Below are positions 51,336-61,731 of a DNA stretch of 64,000 nt, piece by piece; within the stretch, counting starts at the first letter, position 1, and each line of letters opens with the position of its first letter. The notes below the pieces were generated by a model that saw only the letters and a program-made list of their open reading frames with translations, was not told the origin of the DNA and made no database searches. The DNA comes from Hydrurus foetidus (Eukaryota), in the NCBI GenBank assembly GCA_900617105.1, contig UYFQ01000001.1, positions 3,038,001-3,102,000 on the forward strand, read 5' to 3'. The position numbers were made by a program, and so were the translations under genes.

Positions 51336-52175
51336 ATGCATACCGCCAGTATCGATTTATTGCTTGAATACGAGGTCACGCATCCCGCGCATTTTCTATT
51401 CAATATAGAGGCGGCCTTCGTGCCGTCTCATCGCGTGACCAGTGAGCGCCTGACCATTTCGCCGAGCGTGAAGGTGCGCACTTTTACAGACGAGCGTTGC
51501 GGCAATCGGTTTGTGCGCCTGGACGCGCCCCGCGGCCTGTTGACGGTCAACTACCACGCCGATGTCGAATTAACAGCGCAGCCCCTCCCGCTGTACCTCG
51601 ACGAAGCCCTGGTCACCAGCGTGCCAGACGACGCGCTGCGCTACTTGTTTCCCAGCCGGTATTGCGAGTCTGACTTGCTCAGCCGCGCCGCACAGCAGTT
51701 GTTTGGTGATTTGCCGCACGGCCTGAGCCGGGTGCGCGCCATTGAGGCGTGGATCTACGATTCGGTGCAGTACCTGCCTGGCTCCAGCACGTCAACCACC
51801 ACCGCACAAGATGTGTTCATTCAGCGCATGGGCGTGTGCCGCGATTTTGCTCATTTGGGCGTTACCTTTTGCCGGGCGCTGAACATACCGGCGCGGCTGG
51901 TGGTGGGCTACGTTAATTTTGAAGACCCACCGCAAGATTTTCATGCGCTGTTTGAAGCTTGGCTGGAAGACCGGTGGGTTTTATTTGACGCCACGCGGCT
52001 CGCCTCAACCGATCGGCTGGTGCGCGTGGGCACTGGGCGTGACGCGAAAGACGTGGCATTCGCCACCATCTTCGGCGGCGTGCAAATGGTGCGCAAGGAG
52101 CTGCGCGTGCTGGAGGGCGACCAGCCAGACAGCTTACCGCTGGAAGGCCTGCAGAGTTTTCTGTCGGCCGCCTGA
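51336..52175 (+). CDS. Transglutaminase-like family protein
   Basis: PSRYCESD, GVCRDFAH, DFHA, FDAT, GRDA. Confidence 0.9.
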   Translation: MHTASIDLLLEYEVTHPAHFLFNIEAAFVPSHRVTSERLTISPSVKVRTFTDERCGNRFVRLDAPRGLLTVNYHADVELTAQPLPLYLDEALVTSVPDDALRYLFPSRYCESDLLSRAAQQLFGDLPHGLSRVRAIEAWIYDSVQYLPGSSTSTTTAQDVFIQRMGVCRDFAHLGVTFCRALNIPARLVVGYVNFEDPPQDFHALFEAWLEDRWVLFDATRLASTDRLVRVGTGRDAKDVAFATIFGGVQMVRKELRVLEGDQPDSLPLEGLQSFLSAA

Positions 52176-52199
52176 GCGCCTGGCAGCTCGACATAAATT

Positions 52200-52276
52200 G
52201 CTATATTAATTATAGCTGCTCGCGCCCGTATTAATTGGGCTGCAGGGCTAAAATACCCTTAAAAATACCCCAAAAA
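52200..52276 (-). repeat. Dispersed 55-bp element, copy L, with phased A-tracts
   Basis: Reverse complement CCCTGCAGCCCAATTAATACGGGCGCGAGCAGCTATAATTAATATAGC. Confidence 0.92.
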
Positions 52277-52281
52277 GGCTT

Positions 52282-53622
52282 CTAAGCGCGCTTTTTGATC
52301 GCGTCGCTCACCACATTGACTATTCGGTCGATGTGCTCTTTCTCGACAATAAACGGTGGGCAAATCACGATGTTTTCAGCCGCTGGCCGCACCAGCACGC
52401 CGTGGTGAAAGCACTCCATAAACACATCAAACGCACGCTTGCCCGGCATGCCCGCCACCGGGGCCAGCTCAACCGCTCCCGCCAGCCCCAGGCTGCGAAT
52501 GCCCACCACATTGGGCAGGCCCTTCATGGTGCTGTGCAGAGCATCGCCTAGCACCACGCCCATTTTCCCGGCACGCTCAAACAGGTTTTCCTCTTTAAAT
52601 AAATTCAGTGTGGCAATCGCCGCGGCGCAGGCCACGGGGTGGCCCGAGTAGGTGTAGCCGTGAAAAAACTCAATCGCGTGGTCGGGCGCGTTTGAATTGG
52701 CGCTCATCATGGCGTTGTAAATGCGGTCAGAGCAAATCACACCGCCCAGCGGAATCACGCCGTTAGACACGCCTTTGGCAAAGTTCAGCATGTCAGGCAC
52801 CACACCGTAGTAGTCTGCGCCAAAGTTAACGCCCAGGCGGCCAAAGCCGGTAATGACCTCGTCAAAAATCAGCAAAATGCCGTGCTTGTCGCAAATCTCG
52901 CGCAGGCGCTTCAAGTAGCCTTTGGGTGGCAAGTACCAGCCTGCGCTGCCTGCGATGGGCTCCACAATCACCGCTGCGATATTGCTTGGGTCATGCAGTG
53001 GCAAAATGCGGTTTTCAAGCTCCAGCAGAATGTCTTCTTTCCACTCTGGCTCAGCGCCGTGAATGTAGGCATGATTGACTGGGTCATGAATGAAACGCAT
53101 GTGGTCAACACGCGGTAACAGCGACGTGCCATACGCCTTGCGGTTGGCCGGAATACCGCCCACGCTCATGCCGCCAAAACCCACGCCGTGGTAGCCGCGC
53201 TCTCGGCCAATAAACATATTGCGGTGGCCTTCGCCGCGTGCGCGGTGGTAAGCCAAAGCAACTTTCATCGAGGTGTCGGCTGCTTCAGAGCCTGAGCTAC
53301 AAAACAGCACCTTGTTCAAGTCGCCTGGCGCCATGGCGGCAATCATTTCTGAAGCTTTAAAAGCCTGGTCGTTGCTGGCCTGAAACGCCGTGGCGTAGTC
53401 CAGTGTGTCGAGCTGCTTTTTAATCGCTTCGTTAATGGGTTTGCGGTTGTGCCCCGCCGTGACGCACCACAGGCTGGATATGCCATCAATGACTTTTTTG
53501 CCGTCGTGGGTGGTGAACTCGCACCCGTCGGCCGCCACAAACACGCGTGGGTCGCTCTTAAAGCTGCGGTTCGGGGTGAACGGCAACCACTGATGGTCCA
53601 TGTTGAAATCTTGATACGCCAT
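52282..53622 (-). CDS. Class III aminotransferase (omega-amino acid:pyruvate type)
   Basis: SGSEA, GYHG, FDEVITGFGR, AKG, HGYTYSGHP. Confidence 0.9.
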   Translation of the reverse strand: MAYQDFNMDHQWLPFTPNRSFKSDPRVFVAADGCEFTTHDGKKVIDGISSLWCVTAGHNRKPINEAIKKQLDTLDYATAFQASNDQAFKASEMIAAMAPGDLNKVLFCSSGSEAADTSMKVALAYHRARGEGHRNMFIGRERGYHGVGFGGMSVGGIPANRKAYGTSLLPRVDHMRFIHDPVNHAYIHGAEPEWKEDILLELENRILPLHDPSNIAAVIVEPIAGSAGWYLPPKGYLKRLREICDKHGILLIFDEVITGFGRLGVNFGADYYGVVPDMLNFAKGVSNGVIPLGGVICSDRIYNAMMSANSNAPDHAIEFFHGYTYSGHPVACAAAIATLNLFKEENLFERAGKMGVVLGDALHSTMKGLPNVVGIRSLGLAGAVELAPVAGMPGKRAFDVFMECFHHGVLVRPAAENIVICPPFIVEKEHIDRIVNVVSDAIKKRA

Positions 53623-53748
53623 GACTTCTCTCCAAATTAAGCTGTGAAAGCTGTGAAAGATAAACCCAATAACCTGACTTTTTGGTTAGCATTTGCATTC
53701 TGACACCAATGCCGCTGCAGCGGCCTGACCTGCGACAATTTGGCGCTT

Positions 53749-54597
53749 ATGACCCCTGCGTATATTTTGACCCTTTCTTGCCCCGACCGCATGGGCATTG
53801 TTCATGCCGTTTCGGGTTTTTTGCTTGAGCGCCAAGGCAACATTGAAGAAGCCGCCCAGTACAACGACCCGGCCACAGGCCTGTTTTTTATGCGGGTGCA
53901 GTTTGCTTGTGACGCGCTGACCCGTGACCAATTGCAGGCTGACCTGTCGGCTTTTGCAGCGCCTTTTGCCATGCAGTTCAAGCTGCATTCCACCGAATCA
54001 GCGATGCGCTGCGTCATCATGGTCAGCCGCGATGGCCATTGCCTGAACGACTTGCTGTTCAGGGCCAAGTCGGGCTTGCTGCCAATTAATGTGCGCGCCA
54101 TCATCAGCAACCACCGCGACTTTTACCAGCTAGCCGCCAGCTACAACGTGCCGTTTCACCATATTGCCGTCAGCACTGCAACCAAAGCCCAAGCCGAAGC
54201 CAAGCAGCTTGAAATCATTGAGTCAGAAGGCGCTGAATTGGTGGTGCTGGCCAGGTACATGCAGGTGCTCAGCAATGATTTGTGTGCCAGCCTAGCGGGC
54301 CGCGCCATTAACATTCATCACAGCATGTTGCCCAGTTTTAAAGGGGCCAAGCCCTACCACCAGGCGCATGAGCGCGGCGTAAAAGTGATTGGCGCAACAG
54401 CGCATTACGTCACCACCGATTTAGACGAAGGCCCGATCATTGAGCAAGACGTAACCCACGTCGACCACAAAGACACGCCCGAAAACCTGACCGCGCGCGG
54501 CAAAGACACGGAAAGCCGTGTGCTGGCCAAAGCCGTCAAGTGGCACAGCGAGCACCGCGTGCTGCTCAATGGGCACAAGACGGTAATCTTTAAATGA
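53749..54597 (+). CDS. purU: Formyltetrahydrofolate deformylase
   Basis: ACT domain CPDRMGIV, LARYMQVL, INIHHS, GATAHYVT, LDEGPII. Confidence 0.96.
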   Translation: MTPAYILTLSCPDRMGIVHAVSGFLLERQGNIEEAAQYNDPATGLFFMRVQFACDALTRDQLQADLSAFAAPFAMQFKLHSTESAMRCVIMVSRDGHCLNDLLFRAKSGLLPINVRAIISNHRDFYQLAASYNVPFHHIAVSTATKAQAEAKQLEIIESEGAELVVLARYMQVLSNDLCASLAGRAINIHHSMLPSFKGAKPYHQAHERGVKVIGATAHYVTTDLDEGPIIEQDVTHVDHKDTPENLTARGKDTESRVLAKAVKWHSEHRVLLNGHKTVIFK

Positions 54598-54615
54598 TTC
54601 GGCGGTAGGCTAGCT

Positions 54616-55344
54616 GTGCTCAAAATGTCATTTGCCGCATGCGCTGCAGTTTTGGTGGCTGGGCTTTACAACTATTCCAATCTGCCCGCCGTGGGCCTGC
54701 TGCGCGCCGAGCTCAGCGACGAACCTTTGCAGCAGGCTATTGCGCCGGCGGCGTTTACCAAATCTGCCGGGGGTATTACCTATTTCATTGAGCCATCGCA
54801 CCGCTACGAAATTTACGGCTTGGTGGTGAGCAAGCACAATGCGGACACGTGGTGGGACTACGTTCATGCGGCATGGAAAGACAACTTGAACGTCACTGAC
54901 CTGTGTGTGGTGTGGGGCAGCAATGCGCTAGGCGGAGCGTACCAAAATATTTCTTTTTCCAGCAGTCAATGGACGTGTAACTGGCAAACGTCCAGCAACG
55001 AAGCGATGCAAGCCTTTGACATCAACAAAATCTCCAACAACCATTTGCTGACCGACGACGTGAACTTGGCCAAGAAGTTGCGTAACGTACGCATTGGCGA
55101 TCAAATTCAGCTTAAGGGGCAGCTTGCCAGCTACAAGCATCAAAGCGGGGGCAATTTTTTTCGCGGAACCAGCACAGTGCGAACCGACACGGGCGACGGC
55201 GCATGTGAAACGATTTTTGTCAGTGAGGTCAATGTGGTTCGGACAGCGCCTGCTTTTTGGCGCAACGCGACTTGGGCGGCGGCAGTTGCCATGTTGTTGG
55301 TCATGCTGGCCGGTTTTTTCGCGCCGCATCGGGCTCGTAGCTGA
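54616..55344 (+). CDS. Hypothetical membrane-anchored protein
   Basis: Hydrophobic N- and C-termini; motifs DLCVVWG, SNNHL, TGDGACE. Confidence 0.7.
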   Translation: MLKMSFAACAAVLVAGLYNYSNLPAVGLLRAELSDEPLQQAIAPAAFTKSAGGITYFIEPSHRYEIYGLVVSKHNADTWWDYVHAAWKDNLNVTDLCVVWGSNALGGAYQNISFSSSQWTCNWQTSSNEAMQAFDINKISNNHLLTDDVNLAKKLRNVRIGDQIQLKGQLASYKHQSGGNFFRGTSTVRTDTGDGACETIFVSEVNVVRTAPAFWRNATWAAAVAMLLVMLAGFFAPHRARS

Positions 55345-55388
55345 CGAGCAGGCGAGTAGATGAGCAGCTCAGCCGCGATACTTGATCT

Positions 55389-56288
55389 ATGAGCCAAGCC
55401 CGCATTCCCCCCATTCAGTGCCTGCTGACGTTTGAGACGCTCGCCCGTCTGCGCAGCGTGACGCAGGCCGCCGAGGAGCTGTGCGTGACGCCCAGCGCGG
55501 TCAGCCACCGCGTCAAGCAGCTTGAGCAGATCATTGGCACCAAACTGTTTGGCCGGGCGGATTTCTCGTTGACGACCGAGGGCAGCGAATACTTGGCTCA
55601 TGTGCGTGATGGGCTGGCTACGCTGCAAAAGTTTCCGGGTGCGGCGGGCCAAAGCAGCTCGCCCGGCAAACGCAAGCTGCGCATAGCGGTCACGCCGACT
55701 TTTGCCCGGTCGATATTGATTCCCCGGCTGCGGCAGTTCACCCAGGCTTACCCCGAAATCGATTTGACGCTGCAGGTGTCCATTCCCCTGCTGGACGTGA
55801 TTGCCGAAGACGCTGATTTGATGGTGCGCTTCGGTACCGGCCGCTATGCCGACGTTGAGCATGTTTGCCTGATGAAAGACGGCGTGACGCCACTGGCCTC
55901 GCCCGCGTTTGTGCGCGAGCATGGCCCGTTCGATGATGCGCAAGACATTGAAGGCCTTAGCCTGCTGCGCTCACCGCTGGAGCCGTGGCGAACCTGGTTT
56001 TCTGCGCAGCACCTGGACTGGCCTGAGCCCGTTGACGGCTCGCAACTTAACGACATCGGCTTAATGTGTGATGCCGCAGCCGCTGGCATGGGCATTGCGC
56101 TGATTCGCTTAAAACTGGGTGCACCGTGGCTGGACAGCGGCGCTTTGGTGCGGCTCGGCAATAGCGACGCGTTTGCTATTAATATCCCGTCACCACACGC
56201 CCACTATTTGTGCTGGCGCACTGGCACGATGGAACGTTGGGAATGTGCGGCTTTTACCGAATGGCTGCGCAAAAGTTTGGGCACCTGA
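55389..56288 (+). CDS. LysR family regulator (GcvA-like)
   Basis: AAEELCVTPSAVSHRVKQLE HTH; substrate-binding domain. Confidence 0.92.
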   Translation: MSQARIPPIQCLLTFETLARLRSVTQAAEELCVTPSAVSHRVKQLEQIIGTKLFGRADFSLTTEGSEYLAHVRDGLATLQKFPGAAGQSSSPGKRKLRIAVTPTFARSILIPRLRQFTQAYPEIDLTLQVSIPLLDVIAEDADLMVRFGTGRYADVEHVCLMKDGVTPLASPAFVREHGPFDDAQDIEGLSLLRSPLEPWRTWFSAQHLDWPEPVDGSQLNDIGLMCDAAAAGMGIALIRLKLGAPWLDSGALVRLGNSDAFAINIPSPHAHYLCWRTGTMERWECAAFTEWLRKSLGT

Positions 56289-56298
56289 TCAACATTCT

Positions 56299-57813
56299 AT
56301 GAAAGCATCTATGCGCTCTGTTTATTCGACCCTTACCGCCGTGATGCTGGCTGCGGGGTTGCTTACCGCTTGCGGTAGCAACGTTGTTAACCCGGTCACT
56401 GGCAAAACCGAGCGCAGCGTGATGAGCGAGGCCGACGAAATCGCGGAGGGCAAAAAAGCACACGCGCAGGTATTGGTAGAATACGACTCGCTCAAAAACC
56501 TCGCCGTGCAGGCTTATGTCAATGAAGTCGGCCAGCGCTTGGCCAGGCAGTCGCAGCGCGCCAATTTGCAGTGGACGTTCACGGCACTCGACAGCCCTGA
56601 AATCAATGCCTTCGCGCTGCCCGGGGGCTACGTGTACATCACGCGCGGCTTGATGGTTTACCTGGAAAGTGAGGCTGATTTGGCCGGTGTGATTGGCCAC
56701 GAAATTGGCCACGTCACCGCGCGCCATGGCGCGCAACGGGCCACGCGCCAGCAAAACGCAGGCTTAGGCGTGCTGGCCGCCAGCGTGCTCGGGGCCGTGC
56801 TGGAGGCAAAAGGCGTGGGCGGGGCAGGCCAAATGGCAAGTGATATTTCACAAACTGCTGCTGCCGGTTATTTGTCTAAGTACGGGCGCGAGCAAGAGCT
56901 GCAAGCCGACGGGCTGGGTGCCGAGTACTTGTCGCGCATCAGCTTTGATCCGCGCAACATGATCGACGTGATTAATGTACTGAAAAACCAGGAGCGTTTT
57001 GCCGCTGACCTGGCCAAGGCGCAAGGTCGCCCGGCACCTGAACAAAACAGCTGGCTGGCGTCCCACCCCAGCAACGACCAGCGGCTTAGCACCATCACGC
57101 AGCTGGCGGCGCAATACAAAACTGCCACGCCCTACAAAGATGAGGGCCGCAGCCGTTACCAGCAAGTCATTGACGGCATGATTTTTGGCGAAAGCCCTGA
57201 ACAAGGGCTGACGCGAGGCCGCAATTTTTTCCATACCGGGCTTGGTTTTGCCCTGACAGCCAGTGAGGGTTGGCGCATTCAAAATGAAGCTGACCAGATC
57301 ATGGTGGTCAACAACACCCGCGACGCTGGTGTCATTGTCAAAATCGCCCCTTCAGATGCAGGTAAAACCCACGACGAAATTATTCGCAAGCTGATCAACC
57401 CCGACAGTGGCCGCGCCGACCGCCTGCAAATTAACGGCCTGCAAGCCACACGATTTGTGGGCACGCAAGTCGCTAAAAACGGCCAGCGCCAAAGTACAGA
57501 TGTGACTCTCATCAATGGGCCGGTCAGCGGCGTGTACCTGTTTATTCACGCGGCCAAAGACGCCGCCGCCCTGCAACGCAACCGCACGCAAATGCTGGAC
57601 ATTGAAAACACCTTTCGGGCGCTAACGGCGGGCGACAAAGCAGCCGCCAAGCCGTGGTCGATGCGCACCATTGCCATGCCGCGTGGCGGGTTTGCCGAGC
57701 TGGCCCGTTCGTCGCCAATCGCTAACCCCGAGCAGCAGTTGCGCCTGCTCAATGGTGTTTATGCTGGCGGCGATATCAAGCCTGGCGCGCCAGTAAAAAC
57801 CGTGGTGCAGTAA
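56299..57813 (+). CDS. M48 family zinc metalloprotease lipoprotein
   Basis: Lipobox LTAC, NAFALPGG, HEIGH, ELQAD, SHP; start at 56299 or 56311. Confidence 0.9.
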   Translation: MKASMRSVYSTLTAVMLAAGLLTACGSNVVNPVTGKTERSVMSEADEIAEGKKAHAQVLVEYDSLKNLAVQAYVNEVGQRLARQSQRANLQWTFTALDSPEINAFALPGGYVYITRGLMVYLESEADLAGVIGHEIGHVTARHGAQRATRQQNAGLGVLAASVLGAVLEAKGVGGAGQMASDISQTAAAGYLSKYGREQELQADGLGAEYLSRISFDPRNMIDVINVLKNQERFAADLAKAQGRPAPEQNSWLASHPSNDQRLSTITQLAAQYKTATPYKDEGRSRYQQVIDGMIFGESPEQGLTRGRNFFHTGLGFALTASEGWRIQNEADQIMVVNNTRDAGVIVKIAPSDAGKTHDEIIRKLINPDSGRADRLQINGLQATRFVGTQVAKNGQRQSTDVTLINGPVSGVYLFIHAAKDAAALQRNRTQMLDIENTFRALTAGDKAAAKPWSMRTIAMPRGGFAELARSSPIANPEQQLRLLNGVYAGGDIKPGAPVKTVVQ

Positions 57814-57935
57814 GACCCAGCCAAGTGGATAACCCCCAATTTCACGCGGCTGTGCAATTTTTTTCACCCACCAACGACGTGCGGGGCGTAAAGTGAAGCT
57901 CAATCGGATTAAATTGAATTGATGGGCACACTTTT

Positions 57936-59450
57936 ATGAACGCACCAGTATCTTTAGCGCAGCAGCTGTTGCTTGAGCAGGCAGAAAACCGCGCGAGCCG
58001 CCAAAGTGAAGTCGTGGTCGCGTTGCAGGCAGTGCTGCCCAAGCACGCATTGCTCTGGAACCTTGAAGACACTACGCCGTACGAGTGCGATGGCCTGACC
58101 GCCTACCGCGAGCGCCCGTTGGTGGTGGTGCTGCCTGAAACCTATGCCCAAGTGCAGGCCGTGCTTAAAACTTGCCACGCGATGGGCGTGCCCGTGGTGG
58201 CCAGGGGCGCAGGTACGGGCTTAAGCGGCGGTGCCATGCCGCACAAGCTGGGCGTCACGCTTAGCTTGGCCAAGTTCAACAAAATTTTGAAGCTTGACCC
58301 TGTCGCCCGCACGGCGGTGGTGCAAGGCGGCGTGCGCAATCTGGCTATTTCTGATGCCGCAGCCCCGCACGGCTTGTATTACGCGCCAGACCCGTCCAGC
58401 CAGATCGCCTGCACGATTGGCGGCAACGTTGCTGAAAACTCCGGTGGTGTGCACTGCCTGAAGTACGGCCTGACCGTGCACAATATTTTCAAGGTCAAGG
58501 GCTTCACCATTGAGGGCGACGAAGTTGAGTTTGGCAGCGCCGCGCTTGATTCAGCGGGGCTTGATTTGCTCAGCGTCGTGATTGGCAGCGAAGGCATGTT
58601 GGCGGTCACTACTGAAGTTACTGTCAAGCTCATTCCCAAGCCGCAATTGGCGCGTTGCATCATGGCCAGCTTTGATGATTTGCGTAAGGCCGGTGACGCA
58701 GTAGCCAGCGTGATTGCAGCAGGCATCATTCCGGCTGGGCTGGAAATGATGGACAAGCCGATGACCGCCGCGGTTGAAGACTTTGTACATGCGGGTTACG
58801 ACCTGACAGCCGAGGCGATTTTGCTGTGCGAAAGCGACGGCACGCCGGAGGAAGTCGAAGAAGAAATTGGCCGCATGACTGCTGTCTTGAGAAGCTGCGG
58901 CGCAACTGCGATTGCGGTGAGCCAAAGTGAAGCTGAGCGTTTGAAATTTTGGTCAGGCCGCAAGAACGCGTTTCCTGCATCTGGCCGCTTGAGCCCCGAC
59001 TACATGTGCATGGACTCCACCATTCCGCGCAAGCGCCTGGCCGACATTTTGCTGGCCATCGCCGAGATGGAAAAAAAGTACCAGCTGCGCTGCGCCAATG
59101 TGTTTCATGCAGGCGACGGCAATCTTCACCCACTGATACTTTTTGATGCCAATGATGCTGACCAATTGCACCGCTGCGAGCTGTTTGGCGCGGAAATTTT
59201 AGAAGTCAGTGTGGCCATGGGCGGCACAGTAACTGGCGAGCATGGCGTGGGCGTTGAAAAACTGAACTCGATGTGCGTGCAGTTTTCTGGTGAAGAAAAT
59301 GAGCAAATGTTCGGTGTCAAGCGCGCTTTTGATGCCAAAGGTTTGCTCAACCCTGGCAAAGTGATTCCCACGTTGAACCGCTGCGCCGAATACGGCAAGA
59401 TGCTGGTTCGCGGCGGCAAAATCTCTCACCCCGACCTGCCCCGTTTTTGA
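57936..59450 (+). CDS. glcD: Glycolate oxidase FAD-linked subunit
   Basis: RGAGTGLSGG, PDPSS, GGVHCLKYG, HAGDGNLHP, GEHGVG, LNPGK, C-terminal LPRF. Confidence 0.88.
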   Translation: MNAPVSLAQQLLLEQAENRASRQSEVVVALQAVLPKHALLWNLEDTTPYECDGLTAYRERPLVVVLPETYAQVQAVLKTCHAMGVPVVARGAGTGLSGGAMPHKLGVTLSLAKFNKILKLDPVARTAVVQGGVRNLAISDAAAPHGLYYAPDPSSQIACTIGGNVAENSGGVHCLKYGLTVHNIFKVKGFTIEGDEVEFGSAALDSAGLDLLSVVIGSEGMLAVTTEVTVKLIPKPQLARCIMASFDDLRKAGDAVASVIAAGIIPAGLEMMDKPMTAAVEDFVHAGYDLTAEAILLCESDGTPEEVEEEIGRMTAVLRSCGATAIAVSQSEAERLKFWSGRKNAFPASGRLSPDYMCMDSTIPRKRLADILLAIAEMEKKYQLRCANVFHAGDGNLHPLILFDANDADQLHRCELFGAEILEVSVAMGGTVTGEHGVGVEKLNSMCVQFSGEENEQMFGVKRAFDAKGLLNPGKVIPTLNRCAEYGKMLVRGGKISHPDLPRF

Positions 59451-59481
59451 TGGGCAGCTCGCTTTTTAAGGCGAGTTAATC

Positions 59482-59889
59482 ATGCAGGCTCTGCGCGGCT
59501 TTGCGTGGCTGCTGGCGCTTCAGTCGGCCGGCGAGTTGCTGGCCCGCGGCTTGAGCCTTCCCTTTCCCGGGCCAGTGGTGGGCATGCTTTTGCTGCTGGT
59601 GGCGCTAAATTGGGCAGTGTTGCGGCAAGACGTTTCAGTCTGCGCAGAGTTTTTGCTGGCTCACCTTTCTTTACTCTTTGTTCCGGTCGGCGTAGGCGTT
59701 ATTGCGCATTTGGGGTTGGTCACGCGCTACGGCGTGCAGATGTTTGTAGTGGTGTTGGTGTCCACGCTGGTCGGTTTGGCCGTCACGGCACTGGCGCTGT
59801 ATGGGCTGAATGGCGAAGCAGACGCGGCCGCCGAAAAAAACGACCCCGCGCCTGGCGGCCCTGACGCAGCGGATGCGCCCCATGCCTAA
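59482..59889 (+). CDS. CidA/LrgA family membrane protein
   Basis: PGPVVGM, LSLLFVPVGVG. Confidence 0.9.
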   Translation: MQALRGFAWLLALQSAGELLARGLSLPFPGPVVGMLLLLVALNWAVLRQDVSVCAEFLLAHLSLLFVPVGVGVIAHLGLVTRYGVQMFVVVLVSTLVGLAVTALALYGLNGEADAAAEKNDPAPGGPDAADAPHA

Positions 59890-60622
59890 ATTCGTTGAAC
59901 TGTGGGTTTATCTTTCCGCAACACCCCTTTTTGGGTTGACGGCCACCTTGGTGGTTTACGTGCTGGCGCAAGCAATTTACCAACGCTTGGGCTTCGCGCC
60001 GTGGGCAAATCCGGTCATGTGGTCGGTGCTGATGTTAGGCGGCGGGCTGCTGCTGACCGGCGTGCCCTATCCCACGTATTTTGCAGGCGCGCAGTTCATT
60101 CATTTCTTGCTTGGCCCCGCCGTGGTGGCTTTGGCGTGGCCGCTGTGGCTGCGCAAAGCTGAACTTAGGCAGCGGTGGGCGCGCCTGCTGCTGGCTGCCG
60201 TGGCGGGCGGCGCTGCGGCCAGTGGTTCAGCGGTGTTGATGGCGTGGGGATTCGGATTACCGCCTGAAGTCATCGTGGCGCTAGCCCCTAAATCAGTGAC
60301 TGCACCCGTAGCGATGGGTATTGCCGACAAATTGGGCGGCATAGCGGCGTTGGCCGCCGTGTTTGCCGTGCTGACCGGATTGATTGGTGCAGTGGCGGGT
60401 AAGTATTTGTTTGACGCGCTGCCCATTCCGCGCACAGCTAGCGGTTGGGCGGTGCGCGGCTTTGCATTGGGCACCGCCGCGCACGGCATTGGCGCCGCGC
60501 GGGCATTGCAGGTGCACCCAGACGCGGGCGCTTACGCGGCGTTGGCGTTAGGCCTGCAGGTGGTGTTGGCCACGCTGCTGATGCCGTTGCTGTTGCCCGG
60601 GCTGCTCAGGCTGCTGCTGTAA
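59882..60622 (+). CDS. LrgB family membrane protein
   Basis: LGPAVVALA, PKSVTAPVAM, AHGIGAARA; start MPKF overlaps cidA. Confidence 0.9.
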   Translation: MPKFVELWVYLSATPLFGLTATLVVYVLAQAIYQRLGFAPWANPVMWSVLMLGGGLLLTGVPYPTYFAGAQFIHFLLGPAVVALAWPLWLRKAELRQRWARLLLAAVAGGAAASGSAVLMAWGFGLPPEVIVALAPKSVTAPVAMGIADKLGGIAALAAVFAVLTGLIGAVAGKYLFDALPIPRTASGWAVRGFALGTAAHGIGAARALQVHPDAGAYAALALGLQVVLATLLMPLLLPGLLRLLL

Positions 60623-60651
60623 ATTCAAGCAGCATCAAACCCACGCGCTGC

Positions 60652-61227
60652 TCAGGCTGCTTTGGCTTGCGCGCCCACCTGTACCAGGCCTGCTGGCTTG
60701 CCGGTAATGCCAAACAACACTTCGCCAGCCAGTTGTCCGCCTTCTTCAATGACCAGCTTGCCGTAACGCACGGTGCCAGTGACTTTGCCGGTAGAGTAAA
60801 TCACCAACTTTTGGCGCGCCGTCAGGTTGCCGTTGAACTGCCCCCTGATTTCAGCCACATCAATGTCGGCCGACCCTTTAAATGCACCTTGCTCGGCGAT
60901 TTGCATGACACGCGAGTCCATCGTGGCCTCCACCAGTCCTTCAACGACCAATGTGTCGCAATCGGTAATTTCAACGCCCTTCAGCTTGATGTTGGGGCCT
61001 ACCGTTAGTTTGCTGCCGCCTTCAAGCGGTGGGCTTGACATTGAAGCCGGGCTGGAGGTTGTGGAGACGGTGCCGTCGTCTGCTGGCCGGCTTCCCGTTA
61101 GGGACGAGCCAGACGAGTTGGTGCTGCCAGATTGCACGCCGCCCAAACTGTTGGGTGACGACTGGCGCAAATGATTCGGGCTAACGGGCAAAGTGCTGTC
61201 GCGCTTGCCGAAAAAGGGTGTGGCCAT
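60652..61227 (-). CDS. Bactofilin (polymer-forming cytoskeletal protein)
   Basis: LTVGPNIKLKG...LVVEG..IRGQFNG..TGKVTG..YGKLVIEEGG beta-helix repeats. Confidence 0.88.
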   Translation of the reverse strand: MATPFFGKRDSTLPVSPNHLRQSSPNSLGGVQSGSTNSSGSSLTGSRPADDGTVSTTSSPASMSSPPLEGGSKLTVGPNIKLKGVEITDCDTLVVEGLVEATMDSRVMQIAEQGAFKGSADIDVAEIRGQFNGNLTARQKLVIYSTGKVTGTVRYGKLVIEEGGQLAGEVLFGITGKPAGLVQVGAQAKAA

Positions 61228-61395
61228 GTGATGTCCTTTATGAAAAATTCATCGTAAGGGTGAAAAAAGATTCGCTGTTGGTCAAATGAAAGAGCCGTAA
61301 CAAAGTAGACTTTTACATTTGCAAAGCCAGCCTCATCTCGGCGGCGTTACCGGCACGATCGGTGCTTGCACCTTGCTTGTTCAGCTTTGAATTGC

Positions 61396-61698
61396 ATGCT
61401 TTATCAACTTCGCATTTTTACTGCAGACGACGTCAGCGACGCTGAACGTGCGGCGGCAACGCTGCGATTTCGCTCAGTGCTGGACGCTGCGCTGGGCGAT
61501 GCCGCGCTGGTGCTGCCGATTTACGTTGTGTATGCCAGATTGCTGTTGGCCCACGCCGATGCTGAGCGGCCCTGGCCAGTGTCGACTGACGAACAATTGC
61601 TGATTGACCAATGGGAACAAGCCGAGTTGGCGGCCACTCAGGCAGCTTTTGGCGTTAACCGTTACCTGGGTGACGCTGACTTTGAGCTAAGCGCGTGA
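61396..61698 (+). CDS. Hypothetical protein
   Basis: 100 aa ORF with host-like codon usage; no recognised motif. Confidence 0.55.
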   Translation: MLYQLRIFTADDVSDAERAAATLRFRSVLDAALGDAALVLPIYVVYARLLLAHADAERPWPVSTDEQLLIDQWEQAELAATQAAFGVNRYLGDADFELSA

Positions 61699-61731
61699 CG
61701 GCGGCCAGGCTGTATTGGCAAGGGCGCTAAC

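Noticed and set aside
56881..56894. TACGGGCGCGAGCA 14-mer matching the 55-bp element core inside the M48 protease
   Set aside because: Encodes the family-typical YGREQE, and the flanking GCTAT-N7-ATAGC and upstream arm are missing; probably chance, so not counted
57825..57833. DnaA-box-like AGTGGATAA upstream of glcD
   Set aside because: Single mismatched site far from the origin cluster; expected by chance
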